This document shows positions 45,744 to 56,430 of a stretch of 64,000 nt of DNA, one piece after another. This DNA comes from Candidatus Poribacteria bacterium (GTDB taxonomy: Bacteria; Poribacteria; WGA-4E; WGA-3G). The stretch covers positions 192,001-256,000 of the forward strand of contig OZ219750.1 in assembly GCA_964291315.2 (NCBI GenBank), written 5' to 3'. A program made the translations under genes and the position numbers. The stretch's first letter is position 1, and each line of letters begins with the position of its first letter. A model generated the notes under the pieces. It was not told the DNA's origin. It did no database searches and saw only the letters and a program-made list of their open reading frames with translations.

Positions 45744-46532
45744 TTAATGCCACCCAACGAGTTGCAAATAAGTTTGCCAGAGGCTATCTCCACATAAAAG
45801 TACAAGCACAGCGGCCCCCGCGAGAAAGGGCCCATACGGGATGGGGCTCTGACGACTCTTTATGCCGTAGATAATTAAGACAGTTCCAACAATTGCCCCA
45901 CTAAAAGCAGAGAAGGCTATCACCATCGCTAGTTCTGGCCAGGCGCCGAGGAAGAGCCCATTGAGAGTCATCAACTTAATATCCCCGCCACCCATCGCCT
46001 TTTTACGTAAGACGGCGCTCCCAATCACCGCAATCAACCATAACATCGTACCACCGGCAAGTGTCCCAATTACTCGCGTCAGGAGATACCAAATATCGGC
46101 GCGTTGAAACGTAATTCCACAGACGATGCCGAAACCGAGAATCAATCCGGTCCCGATGAGAACATTCGGAATAATATAGTGCTGTGCGTCAATAACAGCA
46201 ATTGGAACAAGTAAAGAAATAAAAACGAGAGCAAGTAAACTTTCGAGGCTTACCCCGAAGCGAACGTACGTTGCTAGGAATAGGAGGGCAGTTACAAGTT
46301 CAACACATGGATATAATAGTGAAATGTCGGTGTTGCAGTGTCGACAGCGCCCACGTAGAAACAAGTAGCTCAAAATCGGGATGGTATCAAGAGATTTTAT
46401 CGTTTCTCCACACTCTGGGCAAAAGGAACGAAGTGGTGAATGAATTGACAAGCAGTCACGTGGGATCCGATAGATACAAACATTGAGAAAGCTTCCGATG
46501 GCTGTACCTAATAGAAAAACAAATACCCACAT
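45744..46532 (-). CDS. pilD: Prepilin peptidase
   Basis: GSFLNVCIYRIP, CPEC, CRHC, ID..H, MGGGDIKL, IPYGPFL. True start is ATG 46532; the ORF-track extension overlaps the upstream gene. Confidence 0.92.
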   Translation of the reverse strand: MWVFVFLLGTAIGSFLNVCIYRIPRDCLSIHSPLRSFCPECGETIKSLDTIPILSYLFLRGRCRHCNTDISLLYPCVELVTALLFLATYVRFGVSLESLLALVFISLLVPIAVIDAQHYIIPNVLIGTGLILGFGIVCGITFQRADIWYLLTRVIGTLAGGTMLWLIAVIGSAVLRKKAMGGGDIKLMTLNGLFLGAWPELAMVIAFSAFSGAIVGTVLIIYGIKSRQSPIPYGPFLAGAAVLVLLCGDSLWQTYLQLVGWH

Positions 46533-46533
46533 C

Positions 46534-46968
46534 TTACCACCAATATTTTTCCCCGAGTCGCGCATCGGCATGGTAGACTCTACTGATTTCAGCGATACCG
46601 CCGACCCGATACTTTTCCGGAACGCGTGAGTGCTTCTTTGCGATTCCAACCTTATAAGCGTTTCTAAGAAGGATATAACTGCCGCCCCACGGTGTTTCAG
46701 GGATAGACTCCATATAATTTCCACGCCATCCGTCGACCCCAGGGTCTGTAACCAGTGCGCCCAAAGTTGTGGGATAACTTTCTGTGTGTCTGAAGTACTT
46801 TTTAATAGCAACAGCGATAGTTTCGACATCTCTATCTGCTGTGCTCACCTTACGATACTCCAACCATGGTGGAAAAGAAGACGCGCCAATCCCCAGGAGG
46901 ATGATCACAAGGATAAGCAGTTGAGAGCGAGTCATTCCGCTGTCTTCACTTATGTTTTTTCGTAGCAT
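46534..46968 (-). CDS. GspG-like pseudopilin
   Basis: Leader MLRKNISEDSG|MTRSQLLILVIILLG; 'YPTTLGALV..PG..GWRGNYM...P.TPWG..Y' T2SSG-like core. Confidence 0.75.
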   Translation of the reverse strand: MLRKNISEDSGMTRSQLLILVIILLGIGASSFPPWLEYRKVSTADRDVETIAVAIKKYFRHTESYPTTLGALVTDPGVDGWRGNYMESIPETPWGGSYILLRNAYKVGIAKKHSRVPEKYRVGGIAEISRVYHADARLGEKYWW

Positions 46969-47023
46969 TTTTAGTTTTAAAAACACCGCTTGAGAGATAG
47001 GAACGTCATGTTTCCATCTTAGT

Positions 47024-48439
47024 TTAATTGCCAGAGCTTGGACGGGAAATACCATACTTGTTCATTTTTTTGTACAGGTTACTTCGCTCGACCTCTAATG
47101 CTTCCGAAGTTCGCCGGATATTCCAATTGTTTTCTTCTAAAGCAGCGAGGATGCATTGTGCCTCGGCATCATCTATCATCTGACTCAGAGCGATCCCAGG
47201 TTTGTAGATCGGTGTACTCGGAACAGCATCCCAGGATGCCCCCGGTCTGGGCGTGGGGGATACAGAGGGGTCGGATGTTAAAGACAAGGCTTCAACGACA
47301 TCAGGGGCCATCACGACCTCTCGGTTCACCATAATGAGAAGGCGTTCGACGATATTTTTCAACTCCCGGATGTTCCCGGGCCAATTATAACTCTTAAACA
47401 CAGCATAAGCTCCCGGATCGATAACTTTTGGTGTAGATGCCATGTCTAATTGCAGACGCTCAGCGAAGTACTGCACTAACAAGGGGATATCCTCCCTGCG
47501 CTCGCGCAGTGGAGGTACTCGAATAGGCACGACATTCAACCGGTAAAAGAGATCACGTCGGAAGCGTCCCTTCTCAATCTCTTCAGAAAGAGGCTTGTTC
47601 GTTGCCGCAATAATCCGGACGTCGACTATTCGAACCTGATTGCCGCCAAGACGCTCAACTTCGCCGGTTTCAATGACACGGAGTACCTTCGCTTGTGCTT
47701 TCGAGCTCATATCTCCAATTTCATCGAGAAAGAGGGTTCCACCGTGGGCAAGTTCAAAACGTCCTTTTCTTTGGGAATCAGCGCCCGTGAACGCCCCGCG
47801 TTCGTGCCCAAAGAGCTCACTTTCAATGAGTTCATCCGGTAGGGCTGCACAGTTGAGCGAAATAAAGGTTTTTCTGGAGCATTTGCTCTGTTGATGAATA
47901 GCATTAGCAACGAGCTGTTTACCTGTGCCGTTCTCACCAGAAATCAAGACACCAAGTTTACTTGAGGCGACTCGCTTGATTTGTGAGCGGAGGTAAGAAA
48001 TAGCAGTGCTCTTGCCTACCATCTCATCCGTTAGCGCAATTTGCGATTTCAGAATTTCATTTTCTTCCGATAAGCGTGCTATCTCTAGAAACGGTTGGAT
48101 ATTCGATAAAATCTTATCAATACTGATCGGTTTAGTGATGTACCGTTTCGCACCGAGTTCCATGGTCTTAACAGCGATTTCGATATCCTGTTGTGCAGAC
48201 ATCATGACTACATTCAACTCCGGATAGAACTCACGAAGTTTTACAAGCGTCTCAACACCATCCATACCGTTTTCCATACGGATATCTAATAGTACAATAT
48301 CTACATTGGATTTGGCACACTGCTGTAAAGCTTCCTCACCACTCGCAGCCGTCAGAGCTTGATACCCTCGCATCTTCAGCCCTTGGGACAACATCTTAAG
48401 CGTATTTTTTTCGTCATCTACAACTAGAATAGTTTCCAT
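47024..48439 (-). CDS. Sigma-54-dependent response regulator (NtrX/NtrC-like)
   Basis: Receiver (VVDDE, LLDIRM), GENGTGKQ, ESELFGHERGAFTGA, WPGNIREL, Fis HTH. Confidence 0.93.
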   Translation of the reverse strand: METILVVDDEKNTLKMLSQGLKMRGYQALTAASGEEALQQCAKSNVDIVLLDIRMENGMDGVETLVKLREFYPELNVVMMSAQQDIEIAVKTMELGAKRYITKPISIDKILSNIQPFLEIARLSEENEILKSQIALTDEMVGKSTAISYLRSQIKRVASSKLGVLISGENGTGKQLVANAIHQQSKCSRKTFISLNCAALPDELIESELFGHERGAFTGADSQRKGRFELAHGGTLFLDEIGDMSSKAQAKVLRVIETGEVERLGGNQVRIVDVRIIAATNKPLSEEIEKGRFRRDLFYRLNVVPIRVPPLRERREDIPLLVQYFAERLQLDMASTPKVIDPGAYAVFKSYNWPGNIRELKNIVERLLIMVNREVVMAPDVVEALSLTSDPSVSPTPRPGASWDAVPSTPIYKPGIALSQMIDDAEAQCILAALEENNWNIRRTSEALEVERSNLYKKMNKYGISRPSSGN

Positions 48440-48557
48440 GTTATTTACCCTAATCAAAACGTCCGAAGCGGGAATTCGTTTAAATTTCGCGAGCTATCAC
48501 CTGTTCTTCAGTTTCGGGTGACGTTATTTTTTCGTTCGCAGAAACCGGTTGGAAGAC

Positions 48558-50606
48558 CTATTCTGCGGCTAATTCTTCAGCGTCAATGCTTGAGTTATAC
48601 GGGAGGCGAATACGGACGGTTGTACCTACGTTCTCCGTGCTTTGACAATCCATTTCGGCACCGTGTTCCGTGATAATTCTTTTGACAATGGGCATCCCCA
48701 AACCGGTACCATTTGCTCCAGACTTTGTGGTGTAATAAGGAACGAAAAGATTCGCCATTGTTTCTTCGGACATACCGCGCCCGGTATCTCGGATTTCGAG
48801 TGAAACTATGCCTTTACTAGCTTTCGGATTCTTGCTTTTAGCTTCTAGTGTCTGGTAGCTGTTCCCTTTTTCTCCTACTACAGCACACTCTGACCGACTA
48901 CTGATTGCTAACCACTGATTGCCATTTGGTATGAAACAGGTTTTTACCTTAAGCAACCCACCATCAGGCATAGCCTCGATCGCGTTTTTCAAGAGATTAC
49001 CGAGTGCCCGGGCAGTCTGTTCGGGATCTAGCCAGAGCTGTGGCAGGGCACCTAAGTCAGTTTCAAGCTTAATCTTGGAGACCTTTTCAAGCCAAAACTT
49101 CTCATCAGAATCTTGTAGTGCGGCATCCTTGTATTTCAAATTAGCCGGTGCAGACTCGGCTTCCCGATCGGGTTCGTCGCGATGAACAGAGGGCGGGAGA
49201 TCTGAGTCTTGTTTACCCAGGTACAGGTTCAAAACGGATCGGATAATATTATTGAGTTGGGTTGGCTTTCTTTGCAGTTTCGGCATTCGAGCAAATTGAT
49301 GAAATTCATCTATTAATTTTCCGATCCGATCAACCTCCTCAATGACAGTGTCGGTGCATTCCCGAAATATTTGCTCAAAAATTTCTGGGTCCGATTTTGC
49401 TTGCTGTAGATTTTCGACAGAGAGTCGTATTGGAAAGAGCGGGTTTTTGATTTCATGTGCCACCTGCCTTGCGACATCGCGCCATGTTGCTGCACGTTCA
49501 GCTGCCATCTGTTCTTCCAAGCTCCGTTTTAACTCTCGCGCCATCTGATTGAAACCGTCGGCAAGCTGCCCTATTTCATTTCGAGAGCGGACTTTAACAC
49601 GGTGGTCCAGATCACCAGCAGCGATGTGCCCGACCCCTTCATGAAGAGTTTCGATAGGCTGGGTGATCCGACGACTGATGAGATAGCTGATGAGATAAAC
49701 GAGAGCAAGCCCACTAATACCACTTAGAAGGAGGGTGAGCATGAGTCTTTGCTGCCACTCCATCTGACGTCTATGTGAATATGCAACAATCAGATCAACA
49801 GCAGCTACTTCACTAGCTATGGCAAACGGCGAGTTGAAAGGTGTTATCCGAAAAGCTGTATATGTACTCCCCCCGTTTTCTTCCGTTCCGTGCAAAAGGA
49901 CCTCTCGATCGGATTGCGGACTAGAAAACGATTCTAACCATTCGCTCCTGCGTGTGGCTCGTGAGGCATTGTTTAACGGAAGCCAGTCTTCACCCGAAAC
50001 AGAGGGTACAGCATTAGATGTTTGAGGCTTTACTACAAGAAATATTGGATGATCGTCGGACTGGATGGTTGTTTGGGCTTCTAACCACTCTTGCAAACGG
50101 TGCCCACCTGTAATGAATCCCCATTCGCCTACTTCGGTTGCTTGAACCACGAACTGCGGGCCTATATCGCTCTGTTGTGGAATATTTCTGAGGTGTATAT
50201 GCCCTTCCTTGTTTTCTAACGAATTATATGTGTTATAGAGTCGAGAACTTCCGGCCCCCCTCAAGTCAGGATATAGAAGTTTTCCCTCTGGTGTCCCGTA
50301 CTCCAAGAAGTCAAACTCGGGAATAGGTAAATATGGAGAGGGTGGCTGTTTCTCTATAGCGCGGTGTAACTTCACATCGGTGGCTGCAGCGTGAACGTCC
50401 TTCTGAACGCTCTCAACGAAAACCCTATATTTGTTTGAAATCTGGGCTTGAAGCGTTTCAATATAGCTATAAATTTCCCGTTTAAAAGCAAGCCGAATCA
50501 GGAAATAGGTGCTCCCCAAAATAACACCGAACATCACGAGGAAGACTAAGCCGTAGGCGATAAATATTTTGTTCTGAAGCCGCAAGGCAGAGAGTCTATT
50601 CCTCAT
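48558..50606 (-). CDS. HAMP sensor histidine kinase (NtrY-like)
   Basis: Two TMs, HAMP, WRDVARQVAHEIKNPL, NLLKNA, DTGRG, GTGLG. Confidence 0.93.
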   Translation of the reverse strand: MRNRLSALRLQNKIFIAYGLVFLVMFGVILGSTYFLIRLAFKREIYSYIETLQAQISNKYRVFVESVQKDVHAAATDVKLHRAIEKQPPSPYLPIPEFDFLEYGTPEGKLLYPDLRGAGSSRLYNTYNSLENKEGHIHLRNIPQQSDIGPQFVVQATEVGEWGFITGGHRLQEWLEAQTTIQSDDHPIFLVVKPQTSNAVPSVSGEDWLPLNNASRATRRSEWLESFSSPQSDREVLLHGTEENGGSTYTAFRITPFNSPFAIASEVAAVDLIVAYSHRRQMEWQQRLMLTLLLSGISGLALVYLISYLISRRITQPIETLHEGVGHIAAGDLDHRVKVRSRNEIGQLADGFNQMARELKRSLEEQMAAERAATWRDVARQVAHEIKNPLFPIRLSVENLQQAKSDPEIFEQIFRECTDTVIEEVDRIGKLIDEFHQFARMPKLQRKPTQLNNIIRSVLNLYLGKQDSDLPPSVHRDEPDREAESAPANLKYKDAALQDSDEKFWLEKVSKIKLETDLGALPQLWLDPEQTARALGNLLKNAIEAMPDGGLLKVKTCFIPNGNQWLAISSRSECAVVGEKGNSYQTLEAKSKNPKASKGIVSLEIRDTGRGMSEETMANLFVPYYTTKSGANGTGLGMPIVKRIITEHGAEMDCQSTENVGTTVRIRLPYNSSIDAEELAAE

Positions 50607-50797
50607 TTTTGGTACTACCTGCTTTTAAATTCTAGAGATATTGTAATACGGTCGGTAGATTGTTCTTTAACGGCTTATTCAGGTTTTGGAACTCATCGGG
50701 TACTCTGCCTCGGTACTCCTTTCTAGTAAAGAGAAGCACCCCATATAGAAAGAAAACCTTGCTTCCGGTTCGAATCGAAGGGTGTTTCTATTTATTT

Positions 50798-52237
50798 TTA
50801 GGTTCCAACATGGTCAGGTCTTGATGCTAAGGCAAAAGATCGGAAATTCCGCTTATAACCTTCCACTCCATTTTGAAGGTATGTTAACTCTTTTTCACCA
50901 TTGTTGTTTAAGTGCAAACTTTGGAGTCGACCCTTTACGGCGATGGTGTCCATCAGGATACGCATAAGGTGGCAAACTGACCGGATGTCCCGTTTTAGAA
51001 CGGTTAGGGTTGCGTTAGGCACGCCATTCTTGCTGAAATCCAAAGCGGTGCCGTGGTAAGAGGCGGTCTGCATGTCTGTCATAGACATGCCTTCAAACGC
51101 GACTAATTTGTTATCCATGCCAATATCTGTCGGTATCGCTAAGTCCGGATCCAGTTCTTTCCAGTGAATAAATAGGATGACTTTATCTTTTGGCCCGGAG
51201 ATAATACCGTTAAGGATCGAATGGTTGCTAGTCGGGCCCTGGGCAGGTATGACGTTAGCTCCGCTGCTACGTTCCTGAATAGATTCCGTATAAAGCTGTA
51301 CAAACCAATCCCCGAGGCAGCTATTGTCAGCATAATTGTAAAAAATAACAGTGCTTTTTCCATAAACTTCTTCAGTCAGATGAATCCAGCGGGCGAGTTG
51401 ATAGGCAATGTTTTTTTGATGTTTGTAAGAGAGGTTAAAATCTTCATGTCCTTGTGCAACACCATTTAATGCGGACCGGATTCGAGCCTTGGGGGTTTCT
51501 CCTTTTCCGGCCGTCGCAGCGAGAAAGAACAGACCGACCGGCGAGAAAGCCGAGAATCGTCCACCAACGCCCTCCGGAACAGGAAGCAATGTTTTGCCAT
51601 AGAAAGGGGATTGCTCATGCATTCGGAACAGTGCGCTATCGCGGGCCAGCCTTGTAGTAGCAATTACCTGTTGCTGCCAATTTACATCTCCGAGTGCACC
51701 GCGGATAATCATTAGGGTAGCCATGGTCTCGGTGGTTGTGCCGGACTTACTGATGACATTAAAGAGCGTTTTGGAGAGGTGATTTCTCGATTTGAGCATT
51801 TCAAGCAAACCGAGGAGTTTGCGTGGATCAAATGTGTCCCCTGTAAAATATACTTCAGGAGCGCCACCACGTTCTTCAGATGATAGTAAGTTATGGTACG
51901 GATGGTTGAAAAAAGAGTGAAAGACACGCGCGCTCAAGTCAGACCCACCTATGCCGACAATGACAAGTACCGAAAATTCTTCGCGCGCGCGCGTCGCCAT
52001 ATCAGTAACTTGGGCAATATCCTTTTTTTGGAGATGGCTCCGGGTCCATGCGCGAAGTTGGCTTTCCAAGTCAGAGAGTGGGACTGATGCCTCTTCCTGA
52101 AATGAAGCGTGAATATCTTGCAAATCAGTGTCAATTTTCTGCTTTGCTGTTAGTGGAAACGTGCCTGCTGCCGCGTCGTCCACTGAAAAACAAATTTTTC
52201 TATCCAACAAAATATACCCCGAACTAAATTCTTCCAT
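50798..52237 (-). CDS. pgi: Glucose-6-phosphate isomerase
   Basis: GIGGS, ISKSGTTTET, VGGRFS, QL..ES, Q.GVE.YK; start at ATG 52237 overlapping the upstream stop. Confidence 0.88.
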   Translation of the reverse strand: MEEFSSGYILLDRKICFSVDDAAAGTFPLTAKQKIDTDLQDIHASFQEEASVPLSDLESQLRAWTRSHLQKKDIAQVTDMATRAREEFSVLVIVGIGGSDLSARVFHSFFNHPYHNLLSSEERGGAPEVYFTGDTFDPRKLLGLLEMLKSRNHLSKTLFNVISKSGTTTETMATLMIIRGALGDVNWQQQVIATTRLARDSALFRMHEQSPFYGKTLLPVPEGVGGRFSAFSPVGLFFLAATAGKGETPKARIRSALNGVAQGHEDFNLSYKHQKNIAYQLARWIHLTEEVYGKSTVIFYNYADNSCLGDWFVQLYTESIQERSSGANVIPAQGPTSNHSILNGIISGPKDKVILFIHWKELDPDLAIPTDIGMDNKLVAFEGMSMTDMQTASYHGTALDFSKNGVPNATLTVLKRDIRSVCHLMRILMDTIAVKGRLQSLHLNNNGEKELTYLQNGVEGYKRNFRSFALASRPDHVGT

Positions 52238-52589
52238 ACTTGTCCGAAAGGCGAATGATGTCTCCCTCGTCAAAGTGTCCGAACGCAATTTCAAGAATCC
52301 GGTAATCTTTGGATTCGCCGATGAGTTGATGCTTTGCGCCTTGTGGAATAAAAACAGGCTCCATTGGTTTAGGGCGATGAATCGTTCCATCCAACTTCAT
52401 GCAGGCCCCCTCATCAAGCGGAATCCACAACTCGCTCCGATGGAGATGATATTGGTAACTCACCTGCTCACCCACTCGAATTTCTAAAATTTTGACAGTA
52501 ACCTGCTGGTTGAGCACATACTGTATGAAACCACCCCAAGGTTTTTCAATTGTTAATATCTCCTGAATTTCTTTTGGTGGTAACTGCAT
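52224..52589 (-). CDS. Mannose-6-phosphate isomerase type II cupin domain protein
   Basis: KPWG, SYQYHLHRSELW, EIAFG..DEGDIIRLSDKYGR. Confidence 0.88.
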   Translation of the reverse strand: MQLPPKEIQEILTIEKPWGGFIQYVLNQQVTVKILEIRVGEQVSYQYHLHRSELWIPLDEGACMKLDGTIHRPKPMEPVFIPQGAKHQLIGESKDYRILEIAFGHFDEGDIIRLSDKYGRI

Positions 52590-52797
52590 GATTCCTCCCG
52601 CAAATTACCGGACGCATTTATCGAAAAACTACATTTAACCGACTCATGAGTTAAAAAACGCTTATAAAAATACGATAGATAGTGTATCATATTAACATGT
52701 CACAGGTCAACTAAAAACTATTTTTTCATACCGATAATAATTTGCACTTTCACCGAAAACTAGATCAACTGTGAGGTTAATCTGGAGGACAACCTGA

Positions 52798-53844
52798 TTG
52801 TTAGAAGAATCAATCTCAAAACTTGTTGAAAATAGCATTGCAGAAAAGGTTTTTCCTGGAGCTGTCGTCCATATCTTAACCAATGAAAAGACACTTTATC
52901 ACAAGGCATTTGGCTTCCGATGTGTAAAACCGAAACGACTCCCGATGCTGTGTACGACCTTCTTCGATTTGGCATCGCTTACTAAACCTATTGTTGTTGG
53001 GACGCTCTGCATGCAGTTCGTTGAAAGCGGTAAGCTTTCACTCAACACACCGGCAGAGAAATACTTGCCTGAGTTTAAACACCGGAACGTAACGCTTGCT
53101 CACCTGTTGACGCATACTTCGGGACTTCCTGCATGGCACCCTACCTATCTACGTGCTGCGTCTCATGAAGCAGTAATCCCTTATCTCTCTGAGGTTCCAT
53201 TGGGGTTCGAGCCGGGTGAGAAAGTGGTGTATAGTTGCTTGGGCTACATCGTGCTCGGGAAACTGTTGGAAAGAGTAGCTAGGCAATCATTAGACAAATT
53301 AGCGCAGAGGTGTATCTTCATGCCGCTCGGCATGGAATTAACACGGTTTAACCCGCCGCAAACGTGGCATGAATATTGTGCAGCGACAGAGGATTCCAAC
53401 AGTTTTGAACGCAGGATGGCGAACTACGAACGCTACGACTGGCGAGAAGGGGTGATTGTTGGGAGAGTCCACGATGAGAACGCGCATTTCCTCGGGGGCA
53501 TTTCAGGGAACGCCGGACTCTTTTCCACATCAAGAGACCTCGGGAAATTCTGTAGGATGTTGATGAATAACGGTGGCGATTTGCTCCGTTCGGAAAGTCT
53601 CCGGATTATGCGACAAGTTGCTTCAGCAGACGGGGGGCGTCGATGCATTGGATGGGCCGTAACAGACGATGAGTGTCTCTATCATACCGGCTTCACTGGC
53701 ACATCAATCCGGATATGCACGAAAAGAAAGCTTGCAGCGATTCTGCTGACGAATCGGGTACACCCTGATGCTAATCGACACGGCATTATAGAATTTCGGA
53801 AAATGTTTCACAATCTCATATACACAGACACGTGTGCCAATTAG
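52798..53844 (+). CDS. Beta-lactamase-family serine hydrolase (AmiE/NamA-like muramoyl-peptide amidase)
   Basis: FDLASLTK (SxxK), LLTHTSGL, YSCLGY, VHDENA, HTGFTG, LLTNRVHP; adjacent to namZ. Confidence 0.8.
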   Translation: MLEESISKLVENSIAEKVFPGAVVHILTNEKTLYHKAFGFRCVKPKRLPMLCTTFFDLASLTKPIVVGTLCMQFVESGKLSLNTPAEKYLPEFKHRNVTLAHLLTHTSGLPAWHPTYLRAASHEAVIPYLSEVPLGFEPGEKVVYSCLGYIVLGKLLERVARQSLDKLAQRCIFMPLGMELTRFNPPQTWHEYCAATEDSNSFERRMANYERYDWREGVIVGRVHDENAHFLGGISGNAGLFSTSRDLGKFCRMLMNNGGDLLRSESLRIMRQVASADGGRRCIGWAVTDDECLYHTGFTGTSIRICTKRKLAAILLTNRVHPDANRHGIIEFRKMFHNLIYTDTCAN

Positions 53845-53847
53845 TGA

Positions 53848-55038
53848 GTGAACCAAATGTCTTCTATGAAAATTGAATTGGGATTGACTGTCTTACTTAC
53901 AGAGAAGCGCGACTGGATTCGCGGTAAATCGATCGGACTTCTTACGAATCATACAGGTGTTGATGCTGCCTTACGGAGCAACTATCGACTTTTCGTAGAA
54001 GCTGCTAATTGCCAACTTGCAGCGATTTTCTCGCCGGAGCACGGGCTCTCGGGGGCAGTGCAAAATGGGATAACTATTAACAACATTAGTAAAAATCTAT
54101 CGCTTATGCCCCACGGAAACGTGCCTGTTTTCAGTCTGTATGGACAATCTATGCGTCTGCCCCCGGAGCAACTTGAAGGTATTGATACTCTTGTCTACGA
54201 CATACAGGATGTCGGGGTACGCTACTATACCTATATTTCAACATTACTTTATGCGATGGAAGCTGCAAGCAACTATGGTGTTGAATTTATTGTCGCTGAC
54301 CGACCTAATCCGATCACCTGCGCGGCTGTAGAGGGAAATGTGTTAGCAAGTGGTTTTGAATCCTTCGTTGGAATACATACGATACCTATCCGCTACGGTC
54401 TTACAGTCGGGGAACTGGCAATACTCTTGAAGTCGGAACGGGTGCCGTCATGTCGGTTAAAGGTCGTATGGATGCGCGGATACAAACGCCGGATGTGGTA
54501 TGATGATACTGGTTTTCACTGGGTACCGCCGTCTCCGAATATACCAACCCTCACAACGGCTGTGCTCTATCCGGGCTTATGCCTATTTGAAGGAACAAAT
54601 ATGAGTGAGGGACGTGGAACGACAAAGCCCTTTGAATATATTGGTGCCCCTTGGTGTGATGGTGAAAGATGGACACAAGTGCTGAATGCCTTGCATTTGC
54701 CCGGGGTCCAATTCCGACCTGTCGTTTTTACTCCGGCACCCATCACCAAGAGCACAAAACACGCCAAACAGACTTGCAACGGTGTTGCGATTCATATTAC
54801 CGACAGAGAGCATTTCCATCCGGTAGAAACCGCCCTCTATATGTTATCTACCCTTACGTTCGAATACAAGGATCGCTTCACCTTCTCAGCTCCGCATTTT
54901 GATAGGTTAGCAGGAAATAGTTGGCTTCGAGACACCTTGCTAAGTGGAAAATATGTGGATGAAATGCAGAAACAGTGGGTTGGCGAACTCCATCACTGGA
55001 CTGATAAGGCAAAACAGTATCACACATATAAAGAATAG
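53848..55038 (+). CDS. namZ: Exo-beta-N-acetylmuramidase NamZ (DUF1343)
   Basis: TNHTG, FSPEHG, DIQDVGVRYYTY, DRPNP, PPSPNIP, SEGRGT. Confidence 0.9.
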   Translation: MNQMSSMKIELGLTVLLTEKRDWIRGKSIGLLTNHTGVDAALRSNYRLFVEAANCQLAAIFSPEHGLSGAVQNGITINNISKNLSLMPHGNVPVFSLYGQSMRLPPEQLEGIDTLVYDIQDVGVRYYTYISTLLYAMEAASNYGVEFIVADRPNPITCAAVEGNVLASGFESFVGIHTIPIRYGLTVGELAILLKSERVPSCRLKVVWMRGYKRRMWYDDTGFHWVPPSPNIPTLTTAVLYPGLCLFEGTNMSEGRGTTKPFEYIGAPWCDGERWTQVLNALHLPGVQFRPVVFTPAPITKSTKHAKQTCNGVAIHITDREHFHPVETALYMLSTLTFEYKDRFTFSAPHFDRLAGNSWLRDTLLSGKYVDEMQKQWVGELHHWTDKAKQYHTYKE

Positions 55039-55163
55039 GGATCAGATAGCAGCCAAGTAGAAATTAGTATCAGCCAGAGTGTTTTATATTTCGCATTCCA
55101 CAACAGCTATGCACTAGTGTCTGAAAGGAGCACATAGCAACGTGTACTGAAAACTATAAAAAA

Positions 55164-56363
55164 ATGACAGAGTTCTACAAAATTCTCGAAAAGGATAAAA
55201 AATATATTCTTGGTTTAATGTCTGGGACTTCAGTTGACGGTATTGATGCAGCCATCGTCGAAATTAGCGGACATGGATTAAAAACTGTTGTAAACCTGAT
55301 TGCTTTTGAGATATTTCCGTTCCCGCCTGGGGTGCAGAAACGCATCCTCGCTCTCTGCTATCCCGATACCGGGCGCGTTGACGATATCTGCAGGATGAAC
55401 TTCTACATCGGACATCTCTTTGCAGAGGCTGCTAAACATGTCTTACAAAAAAGCGGAATGTCCGCTAGTGACATCGCTCTTATCGGTTCCCACGGTCAAA
55501 CAATTTATCACCTTCCGAGAGCTAGAAACGCCGACCCTAGTGTTTCTCGTTATCCTTCAACACTTCAGATTGGCGAGCCGGCGGTCATCGCACATGAAAC
55601 GGGGATTCCAACCATTGCTGATTTTCGGGTAGCGGATATGGCAGCAGACGGACAAGGTGCACCGTTAGTTGCATATCCAGATTACTTACTGTTCCGTAAT
55701 AGCGTTAAAACCGTGGGGCTTTTGAACATCGGAGGAATCTCAAATCTCACAGTACTTCCGGCGAACTGTACGCTCGACGCTGTTTCGGCTTCGGATACAG
55801 GCCCCGGGAACATGTGCATCGATGCGGTTGTGAGAGAGATCACGGAAGGAAGGGAATACTATGATATATCAGGTATGCGCGCTGCACAAGGCACCCCATA
55901 TCAACCTCTCATCAACGAGTGGTTAAAGCATTCATTCTTTCAATTGGGTCCACCGAAGACAACGGGACGTGAGGTGTTTGGAAACGCTTTTGCAATGGAA
56001 TGTTTGACAGCGTGCCGCAAACACGGACTCACAGATAATGACTGTATTGCGACACTAACCGAATTGACAGTCCGGACGATCACAGGCTACATCGCACAAT
56101 TTGTAGCAAACCAGAATCAGATAGATACACTCTACGTAAGCGGTGGCGGGGTCCACAACCAAACCATCATGCGGGGACTCAGTGAGATCTTGATGGATAC
56201 ATTGGTTGAACCCGTGGACAATTCTGGTATCTCGTCGTGTGCAAAGGAAGCAATCGCGTTCGCAATTCTGGCAAATGAAGCACTCCATGGAAAAGCTGGA
56301 AATCTTCCTTCCGCTACTGGTGCCTCTGCTCGAAAAATTCTAGGGAAGTTTGTGCATCCATAA
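55164..56363 (+). CDS. anmK: Anhydro-N-acetylmuramic acid kinase
   Basis: GLMSGTSVDGID, GSHGQT, DFR..D.A..GQGAPL, NIGGISN, DTGPGN, PKTTGRE, KEA.AFA. Confidence 0.95.
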   Translation: MTEFYKILEKDKKYILGLMSGTSVDGIDAAIVEISGHGLKTVVNLIAFEIFPFPPGVQKRILALCYPDTGRVDDICRMNFYIGHLFAEAAKHVLQKSGMSASDIALIGSHGQTIYHLPRARNADPSVSRYPSTLQIGEPAVIAHETGIPTIADFRVADMAADGQGAPLVAYPDYLLFRNSVKTVGLLNIGGISNLTVLPANCTLDAVSASDTGPGNMCIDAVVREITEGREYYDISGMRAAQGTPYQPLINEWLKHSFFQLGPPKTTGREVFGNAFAMECLTACRKHGLTDNDCIATLTELTVRTITGYIAQFVANQNQIDTLYVSGGGVHNQTIMRGLSEILMDTLVEPVDNSGISSCAKEAIAFAILANEALHGKAGNLPSATGASARKILGKFVHP

Positions 56364-56430
56364 TAGCTTTTGGATACCGGTTGTCGGGGAAAATTTCATT
56401 TTTCTTTCACTGTTAACCGCCGATTGCTAT

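Noticed and set aside
46533-46829. N-terminal extension of pilD in the ORF track
   Set aside because: Overlaps the pseudopilin gene in another frame; PilD motifs start at 46532.
50760-50785. GGTTCGAATC resembling a tRNA T-loop
   Set aside because: No T-stem pairing, acceptor stem or cloverleaf.
52238-52390. N-terminal extension of pgi in the ORF track
   Set aside because: Lies within the upstream cupin gene; ATG at 52237 fits translational coupling.
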